Assembly (NCBI GenBank): GCA_028023455.1
Contig: JAQFVV010000009.1
Span: 15,934,001 to 15,998,000 of the forward strand
Direction: 5' to 3'
From: Epiperipatus broadwayi
Lineage: Eukaryota > Animalia > Onychophora
Length of the DNA: 64,000 nt
In this document: positions 54,940 through 64,000 of the stretch, in pieces
Position numbering within the stretch: the stretch's first letter is position 1
Layout: each line of letters begins with the position of its first letter
Translations under genes and position numbers: made by a program
The notes under the pieces: model-generated
Seen by the model: only the letters and a program-made list of their open reading frames with translations
What the model was told of the DNA's origin: nothing
Databases searched by the model: none

Positions 54940-55139
54940 TAGGGGAATTGAGCACAAACTTTCAAGCTCTTTTCAGCCACTCTACCTCATACAACTGATA
55001 CACATATCCACCCACATGTGAAAGATAAATGATCTCCAATATATGTATTTCGTTCTAAACTAGCACTCATATGTATTGGTTGTATGAGATAAAGTGGATG
55101 GCTGAAAGGAGTTTGAAAGTCTGTGTTCAAATCCCCTAC
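54940..55139. repeat. Inverted repeat (54940-54995 and 55079-55139) with a degenerate tRNA B-box-like end
   Basis: aggggaattgagcacaaactttcaagctc..catacaac pairs with gttgtatgag..gtttgaaagtctgtgttcaaatcccct. Confidence 0.65.
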
Positions 55140-56951
55140 ATCACATCTAGATTCCAGATATATAAAATATGCTTGCATTTAAAATAATAATAGATTATAA
55201 AACTACATATACCCATTCATCAATTTCTGGAAAAAAATAAATTATACTAGCAAAATTGAGGCATGTAATCTCTTTTTAAGATATTATTAACTGTATAATG
55301 TCTCTCTTAAAATTTAATAAAGGAAAATTTAGGCTGCATTAAGCTTAATTTGATATTTATACTGATCTCTTAATGTTTAACTGAATTGCAATTCTCATTC
55401 TTTATGTTCACTAGATCTATAGAATGAAAAGGAAAATGCTTAGTGAATTTATACAAATTGATAATAACAATATTTGTTTTTTAAGTAAGTTTAATAATTT
55501 TTTATGTTTGAATATTAATCACACAATAAAATTTAAGAAATGTTTTTTTGTAATGAATTAACAAATGTACAACACAGTTTTGTTAGCAATCCTTTTATCT
55601 CACTTCTATATGTAATAAATATCTCTATTTATTACAGTATTTTCTTTGCATCTTTTAATACTATGTAAAATTGCGAAATATACTTACATTAATAGCAATT
55701 GAAAAAATTTGAAAATATGATATTTGATTAACAATTAGGTATTGAATATTTTATACAATAAATTATACAAAATAATGAATTAATTTTATATCATAAAACA
55801 GCAAGAGAAATTATATATAAACAATAAAAGCTAACACAATTACAAACATATTCAAGATTTTTGAGCCATTATTTGCATCTGTATTGAAACATTTAAATCT
55901 CATGCTATAGTGATAATGAATAATACATATATATAAATTTTTTTTTTTAATATTTTATTTAATTAATTAAATACCATATTTTAAATGATATTCAAATAAT
56001 AAATCTATTACATGTTTAAAACAAAGTTTCAATTTACTTTCTTTCATGTAAATAAATTTCAATTTGTGTTTTCTATTTTATATTAGAATTATATATATAT
56101 AACACCTTGTTTTTCTGCTTTGAGTAAAGTTAAATAAAATATTAAAGTATTTATGATAATTAGGAATAAATCTCCACAATTAACATAAAAATATATTAAT
56201 GTAAAAATATTTTTTGTGAAAAAATCAATTAAAAGAGTTGGTTAGTTAGTATCTGAGACACATTTTAAAAATGGAGATGCAGAAGTTAGCATTGCAGAAT
56301 GGCAGATCAAAATAAGTCCGTTGGCCAAAAATATTAAAAAATGAGCATATATATATAAATTTTGAATCAATTGCTTATCTGCCTCTAAAATTCTCAAGCT
56401 ATACAGTGCAGTTGATATAATTATACAGCAAATCACCTTTACCAACTGAAGCAATGTAAAGGGATTTAAGAAAACCTACCAAACTATACATAAATAACTA
56501 ATTATTGAAGCTGATTACGAAAATCTTAATCCTATATCTAAAATTATCTTGCAAATCTTCATTTGTATAAAGAAATCAAGACTGTCAAACATAAAAACTT
56601 TTATAGCATCCTGCAAGAATTACAGTTTACTAAAGTATGACCTATCTAAAGTTAGGTAACTCAAATATTGAAAACATTCAGAAATAATCGTTTCTAATTT
56701 TTAAACCATTTTGATCTAATCACATTAAGGTATTCATTTACAATTCACCACATGTATTTAGATAACTCTAAATGCCAATTTTCTCCTGAAAAGTAATTAA
56801 AACGTTCCCGATACTTTTAATTAAATACTTATAATAATTAAAAAAATAGTCATGTATTTATAGCAGTCAATATTCTAAGGATTTACTAATTAATTTTTTA
56901 ATGTAATTTCATATTTATCATGCAAATAGAAAACATATATTTATATTAAAT

Positions 56952-57276
56952 TTAATAAGAGTACCAAACTCTCCATACAGCAGTATCCATCAAATGCAAG
57001 CCTTCGTAATCAATGAATGCAGAAAGATTTCGCATAAAATCCCTAACTAATGAGAAGCTTTGGAACAAATCTGGAGGGTTAAATTTAAGATCTAGGTGCA
57101 GTGCTCATAAATCCAAGGCTCCTCACTGATGAAAGATACAAGCTAGAAACTAGTCTGGGGTTGTTGGATGAGTAGACACTAGATAGGGATTTTATGCACA
57201 AACCTTCCTGCATCCATTGATTATGAAGGCTTGCACTGGTGGCACTACTGTATGGCGAATTTGATACTCTTATTAA
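56952..57276 (+). mobile_element. Short hammerhead-containing element with inverted ends (56952-57049 and 57180-57276)
   Basis: Inverted arms of about 97 bp. Same family as 50901-51124, but the inverted segment has a different length. Confidence 0.75.
57122..57159 (+). ncRNA. Minimal type-I hammerhead ribozyme-like motif
   Basis: CUCA CUGAUGA A AGA uacaa GCU A GAAA CUAGUC^UGGG. Intact core, perfect palindromic stem III ACUAGU, GUC triplet and stem I CUCA/UGGG. Stem II is weak in this copy. Confidence 0.65.
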
Positions 57277-59994
57277 TAGCACATGTAAGCATATGAAATG
57301 GTGATCATGTAATGTTTTGATGGCTTTATATTAAATTTATTTGTTAAACTTTAGACTTATTTTATGTCTTGCTCCATATTTTTAAGTCATTTATTTTGAC
57401 TATATGATAGTTTCCTAGAGTATGATTATGATAAATGGAAGTGCTTTAACAGACAAAAAGAAATCTACAAGAATGTGTATTCTATTAAATATGGCAGTCC
57501 AAATTAGTATATAAATTAATAAATAACAACCCAATCAATTTAAATAATGTCAGTTATAAATATTTGACACATTCTGCTTTATTAGCAATATAATGGGTGG
57601 CGCACAATGATGATCAAAGTATATAACAATGAGTTATGATTGATTATAATTGACAGTAATATTTGGGATTGGAACAGCTACAAAAAAAAAAAATTGGAAA
57701 AGACTAAAAGTAAATTCAACTAATAAATATAGATTGAAAATTTAACTAATGTTAGAAGTGAGAAATAATTTTGAAAACAGCAGGAAGCAGGTGATTCATA
57801 AAATTAATATAAAAATAATAATCTAGTACTAATGTAATTCATGATGTATTTAGACAAAGTCAAAAATAATTAAACAAATAATAATAATAAATATCAAAAA
57901 ATTAGAGCATTCTAAAACTGATATAGATATGATAAATTCAAGTAGTGTTAACAAAAATGGTGCAATAATTGTGAGAAAAACACTAAATTGAAGGAATAAC
58001 CAAAGAAAGATTTTCTAAAAAAAAAAAAAGGCATAAGGCAAAAAAACTGTCAAAATGAAGTAACAAATTAAGAAGAAATGTGGGACATAGGAGATATACT
58101 TTAAAGAAATAAAGAAAACTAGATGAAAAATAAAAAATAATTAAGTGAAGAATTAGAAGAAATTATAAAAGAAATTAAAAATTAAAGTGGATATTAAGAA
58201 TTAATTAAAAGTTGATGTACATATAAAACTAATGCAGAAATTATGGAAGAGTTTAAAATAAGCACAAAAACTGTTAATGAATTGAAAGTTCATAATGAAG
58301 AAATTAAAAATGAAGAGAATACTATAAAAGAATACAGTAAACTTGATGATATTATAAAAAAAAATATAGACTTCAGTGAATTAAACATAGAAAGCTAAAA
58401 GTAATGTAAAAATTTTTAAAGGGATTCAAAATAGATATTAACATTATAAAAAATTCTAAATCTGATGAGAACATTACTGAAGAGTTGAAAATTGTAATCA
58501 ACAAATCTAAATACTACCGAAATTAAAAAAACCAAAGCAAGAAGATATTACAAACATTCAATCTCTTGCAAGCTTTATAGGGACCATACGGAGAATTTAA
58601 ATAAATGGATAAATAGTTTCAGGAAAATTTGGAATGATACTCAGATATACAAGAGACCAACATTTTGAGGTTTGATTACTATGTACAGGCAGAAATGAAG
58701 TTTAAATTAAAAGAAAAGTAACTTATAATGTAAAGGCATTAATGCTGATAATGAACTATTCAACAACTGACTATGAACTTGGATAAAATAATTGAGCATC
58801 AATGTCTAAAATGAATTAAAATGCATGTAATCTGATGAATAAATGTCTGATGAGGATCCTATAGCATATGTATAGAACTGTACTAAACAAGAAAAGAAAT
58901 AAAAGATATTGGGTGAAAGCAGAAAATATTGTTACTGATAATGCCATATGTGATAGGTGCTGGTTTGATCAGATATGTGTTCTTAAAAATAACTTTTTAG
59001 ATTGTGGAATAGATTGTTTGTTGGCAGTGTTCTAAATGAAGTTCATTTCAATTTTTTTAAAATTTATTGATGAATATAGCTGATATTTATGATTATTTAA
59101 GTCAATAGAACAGATACCAAATAATAATTTTTGTTGACAGAAAGATTTGTTGTTACATTTTTTATATTTTCTTGGAATTATACATTAGATACCAAACATT
59201 TAATTTTTAATCATTATAGAAAGATTCTAATGTTAGATATAACTTTTACCAGATATTCCATTCCTAGTTACACAATTTTTTTTTAAACACAACTCATGAA
59301 GGATTAAATAAATTTTGAAACAAGGAAAATATCCCATTCTTATTCGGATCATAAATACCCAAGTTTTTGAGAGATGATACGGCTTTATTGAATTGTTGCC
59401 ATTTCAACATGTAAATTTATTGATGAGAACACAGAAGCTATTCCATATTACACTTAATTATGCAATGAGAAAATTCAAGGAGTTATAAGACTTAATTAAT
59501 TATATAATAAAAACATTAAGCTTATAAGAATTTGTCAAAGAAAGTAAAATAAAAATATGTCTGTTTGAAGAGAAGGAATATGAGATATTTAATTCTCATT
59601 ACGTAGTGATAATGAATATTGTATGTGTGTATCATTACAGTTTTCTTAAAATATTCTCTTTAATTGATTAAATCCCATATTTCTTAATTCTAATTAAAAT
59701 TCAGTTAATAAATCTATTATATTATCTGTATTTTATTAAAAATCAAAAATATGGGATTTAATTAATTAAACTTTTACGATATAAATGGATAAATTTTTTC
59801 TAAATGAACACTAAAAAATAAAAGTATCAGTATAGAGATATCTTAAAACTAGAGCTAAGCGCTTAGTTACGATATCATATTCATAGCAATGAGTAATGGA
59901 AAGGAGGGTGGTGGATATACATAAAATGTAAATTTATGTAAATGTAACCAAATGAATTAGGTAATCCACTTTTTAGAAGGGAGATAATAGGATT

Positions 59995-60300
59995 CCCTTT
60001 TTATTCATGGAGTTCAAGTTATTAGTGATGTACCATGCCTCCTTTATTTTCTGCTTAGAGTCGCTTCATTCAATACACATGGCACTGGTTTATATAGGCT
60101 CAAATGTGTGGTCAATTATGTTTTGAAGTTCCCGAAATATGGATTTTTGTTCTGGATTTCTTTTGACCCTTTTTTTTTTTGTATGGATATTGATGTTGGA
60201 ACAATCTTGTTGCAAAGATGGTGTGTGATTTTTTATAATAGACTGTATTACAACCAGTTTGAGAGCAGATAAAGATGTTTTACAATGGCTAAAAAGCCAA
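59995..60300 (-). mobile_element. Possible decayed Penelope GIY-YIG endonuclease C-terminal remnant
   Basis: Minus strand IIDHTFEPI*TSAMCIE*SDSKQKIKEAWYITNNLNSMN resembles the PLE GIY-YIG C-terminus (H.F....IL..E....R.IKEA.YI.....N). Confidence 0.4.
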
Positions 60301-60910
60301 GTGTGAATCATATATATATGATCTCATTTCTATTTTTTAATACAATAACAATCCATAGAAATATTTAATTCATCACATGCTAATCCCTTAGCCTATTTAT
60401 TTATATATTGCAATGCTTTCTTTTAACTTTTTCTGCAAAGAACTTTATTTTTTGAAAGATTTCAACACCACGTATAATTATAGTTCTAATATAAATAGAC
60501 TCACACTCTCATAAAAACTCATGCTCAAATTGCACATAACATATATACATTTTTTTTTTTTTATAAAGTTTGTTAGCATTCATTTGTTTTACGTGCCCAG
60601 ACTAATGAAGATATGTTTATATAATAGTAGATTCAATAGCATTATATTCATCAAGTTGAAAAATCTGTGATAAGCCTTTTTCTTTTTAGAATATTGCAGA
60701 ACATCCTTAAAAAAAATTATTGTAGTGTCAACATGTTATAGTGGTAAAAGGTTGGATAAAATAACAGCTTTATATATATATATAAATCATTTAGTTAAAA
60801 GTAATCTATCTTTTAATTTTGTTAAATGCAGTATTAGCATGGTCATATTGATGGTCAAGTTTAAAATATACATAAAGATGTGTTTTACATGTGTGTGAAT
60901 CTTTACTTAC

Positions 60911-61072
60911 CTGATGATGCATTCCAGAATTTAAGCGATCTGCTAAATTTTGATATGCAGGTGTAAAAAAGAAAGTTGTCAGCATGTTCTCCAACTCAAC
61001 TTTAAGAAAATTTCTTGCTAAAATTGGTATATGCGGTTGATGTTCTGCTAGCCATTGAATTCGTTCCGACAA
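60911..61072 (-). CDS. MCM3AP: MCM3AP/GANP internal exon (162 nt, phase 0/0)
   Basis: ttatatAG|...cag|GTaagt. Encodes LSERIQWLAEHQPHIPILARNFLKVELENMLTTFFFTPAYQNLADRLNSGMHHQ, matching GANP VLQAVQWLVSHCPH..F..RFFHDRRERRLGGLASQ. Confidence 0.92.
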
Positions 61073-61196
61073 CTATATAAAAATAAATATTTTTCTTATG
61101 AGAAGGTGGATATTTTTTCCAATCATAACTACAGGGATATACAAAAATTTTCATGTTGATCACTGTTTGAAAAATTAGGAAATTACATAAATTTAC

Positions 61197-61418
61197 CTGG
61201 TGTGAGCTATTGCTGTCCAGTATGCAAGACATAAAATCAATTTGTACATTATCTATAAGTTCAGAATGGAGTAATTCAGTGAGTTGCAAATGTGTGATAA
61301 TTTCTTCTTCACTAAAAACTCTTTCCCCAAAAATGACAATCATCAAAGGTAAAGGAGGGCGAAGAGGCTTTGCAGTGACTAGTTGGAATAATCGAAGACG
61401 ATTTTCTAACCACCAGTT
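61197..61418 (-). CDS. MCM3AP: MCM3AP/GANP internal exon (222 nt, phase 0/0); upstream exons lie beyond the window
   Basis: tttatttcAG|...cag|GTaaat. Encodes NWWLENRLRLFQLVTAKPLRPPLPLMIVIFGERVFSEEEIITHLQLTELLHSELID..., matching GANP [36 protein letters not shown]. Confidence 0.92.
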
Positions 61419-62074
61419 CTGAAATAAATGAAAAAAATATCTACTTTAAAACATGTAATCACAGCTATTTTACAAAAAAAAAAGTCTAAAATTTTCAATG
61501 ATAATAATTATGTACATTTCATACAAGCAAAATTTGTAGTGAACATTTAATTAAATTTCCAAATTTTCTGCATTTCAAGCATTATTTTTACATTTTCAGC
61601 ACAAACCAAGAACATTCAAGCTTAATTATTTTTTGATAAAAATATTTCATTTTTTATTGTCCCCCAAAAAATTTAATATAGTAAAAATCAAAAAAATACA
61701 AAGCTGCAAATAAAATTAAAATATTTGTAAAATAAAATTACAATAAACACAAAATTTTTGTATTTATTTTTTTACATTGATATTTTCAACATTAATGTAA
61801 AAATAAAATTTCAATGGGCTATGATGGCTATGTTGAGCTCTTCTGGAATATGTCTAAAAACATTAAAAAGTTAAAGTTTATAAACATCTTTTTTTTTTTT
61901 CACTCAAGTGCATAGATAAAACTAACATTAATGCAAATTCTGTTTTATGCATATATAAATATATTTAAAAAAATTATAAACTAAATATAAATAGGTGAAG
62001 ATGTGAATTGTTCTCTGCATATATAGATTCCTAGATTGATTCACAATTATTAGGGGGCGACGACTTCTTAATCA

Positions 62075-63050
62075 AATCATCATTTTCAACCAATATTAAT
62101 ATACTTTATGATGAAGGCCTTTAAGTTAAATCCAGTTACTTCAATCCTAGCTTCCTTTATTCACAACACATCAATATACTTTCTTATTTCACCTATGCAT
62201 CTCACATGTGGTCTCTTTCTAGATCTTTTAAAATCTTTTTAAGATCCAATTTTGTCCATCTATTATAATCTTTTCTAGCAATTTATGTAGTCCAGCTCAT
62301 TTCAATCTTTTGTTTCAATGATGACAATGATACTTGTTTGCTCTCTTATTAATGTATTTCATTTTCAATTTTACTTCTAACATATATCTCTCCACACTTA
62401 AAAATCTCTGTATTGTTCTTCTGTTAAGTGTCACTGGTACAATAAATCTACTAAAATCTTTCTTTTCAAACACATAGGCATATTTCCTTTTAATATTAAA
62501 TTATTTTACCAAAAGCACTCCATCCAAGTTTAATTTTATAATTAATTTCATCTACTAAGTTTTCATCTGTATTAATAATGTGATAACTTCTCTCAATTCA
62601 TGATTATCACTCTTTAGTTTCATTTTGTAAGAAAATTCATAGAATATTATTTTAGTCTTTTTAATATTTATCTTTAATCCTACTTTCCTACTTTCATCTG
62701 ATAACTCCTGCAACATTTCCTGTAACTCTAAAGCATTATTTGAAACAACTACATCATCTGCAAAATCTAAATGACTTATATTTATTTGTATCCCCTTAGT
62801 TTCCCATTTTAACCTACAAAATTCTTCTTGTAAAACTGCTACAAAAAGTTTTGGAAATATAAAGACACCCTGTCTCATACATTCTTCTTATTGTTTTTTT
62901 AGTATCACCATGTAAACTAATCATTATTGTAATATTTTGATAAATATCTTCAAAATATGACAATATCCTGAGTTTATATCTTGATGATCCAATGCTTTAA
63001 TCATGATAGAGATGATTATAGAATCGAATACCTTTTCACAATCTACAAAT
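62075..63050 (-). mobile_element. RTE LINE 3' fragment (decayed)
   Basis: MRQGVFIFPKLF, SHLDFADDVVV, LQELSDESRKVGLKINIKKTK. Same family as 9550-11430. Confidence 0.88.
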
Positions 63051-63349
63051 TCAAAGGATTGAATTCAATTTGAGTCTTGCATGCTGTCTATATGAATATT
63101 AATATTAAAACTTTCTGCAAACAGAAATGCTGTAAGCATAATGTAATGAGATAATGTGCACAGTATATCACTTTTTCTTTTTCATTCAGTTAAATGTCAG
63201 CAGATATGCACCAACTACCTTTGAATGTATACAATGCATTTTAATTACTGTCCATATTCAAGAAAGAACCTTTAACATTTAACAGCAGATATATAAATCA
63301 ACCGAATCATTCATTAAAAATCTCCAAACCATCAAATCTAGTTGTATTT

Positions 63350-63614
63350 ATATGTTGTACTATTTCCATCTTCTAATATTAAGTATTGAATTTCTTGCAT
63401 CACCTTAAAATTCCAATATTCAAGAATCTAAGGGTTCAGGTTCGATTCCATTGCTAGAACTGTCATTGGTCAGACAGAATAAAACTTCTCAAAACATTGT
63501 GTATATACTAACCTGTGTGCTATTACTAACAGTTAAATGTAATTGAAATATTTAAATAAATTTTCTAAAGACATTCAATACTTAATATTAGATGATGGAA
63601 ATAATCCAACATAT
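63350..63614. repeat. Inverted repeat (63350-63391 and 63573-63614) enclosing a pol III B-box
   Basis: atatgttgtactatttccatcttctaatattaagtattgaat pairs with attcaatacttaatattagatgatggaaataatccaacatat. GGTTCGATTCC lies at 63439-63449. No A box or tRNA cloverleaf was seen. Confidence 0.6.
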
Positions 63615-64000
63615 ATCATCATCACAAACCTTCAGGAAAACATCAAATCTAAATGTATTTTGTTATAAAGTTACTTTATTTGGACAGATATATCTTCAAT
63701 AGCACTAACCCATATAAGTAATCATATTTACACATACTCACACATACATTATATATATATACTTAAAACAAAATAAAATGTCCGCTAATATTAATAATAC
63801 AATAACGAAACTTAAATATATTCCAAACAACGGTAAACAATTTATAATATAGTATAAATCAAAACTCATAAAGAAATATTTTCGATTATATTCATAATCA
63901 TTATCAACTCAACTTTCAAAATGGAATCAACTATTACCAACCGGAAACACATGTCGATTTAAATATCCCACAATTCATTAATCCTAATATTTGCTGATTG

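Noticed and set aside
729-62878. Remaining short ORFs in the supplied six-frame track
   Set aside because: They are AT-rich, low-complexity or antisense to TE and exon sequence, and have no recognisable domains.

Overview
Very AT-rich eukaryotic (invertebrate-like) genomic DNA. Almost the whole window is the 3' half of a minus-strand MCM3AP/GANP gene: seven GT-AG exons from 61418 down to 4361 splice into one uninterrupted frame of 437 aa plus stop. It lies tail-to-tail with the last coding exon of a probable MiT/TFE (MITF-like) gene at 2-166. The large introns hold a full-length but decayed Gypsy/Ty3 LTR retrotransposon (about 2-kb LTRs, ATAT target-site duplication), a deleted Merlin/IS1595-like transposon (8-bp TSD), a hAT MITE (8-bp TSD), several RTE LINE fragments and a 1.8-kb foldback element; a decayed mariner lies in the intergenic region. 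The most interesting signal is a recurring architecture of an inverted copy of a 3' end, a spacer, a minimal hammerhead-ribozyme motif, then the 3' end. This is the hallmark of Penelope-like element (PLE) termini. Two unrelated families of these carry a hammerhead core with a compensatory U3-A8 pair instead of C3-G8. One young insertion encloses an intact 73-codon fragment of the host gene MPDU1. All calls were made by eye; no searches or folding programs were run.
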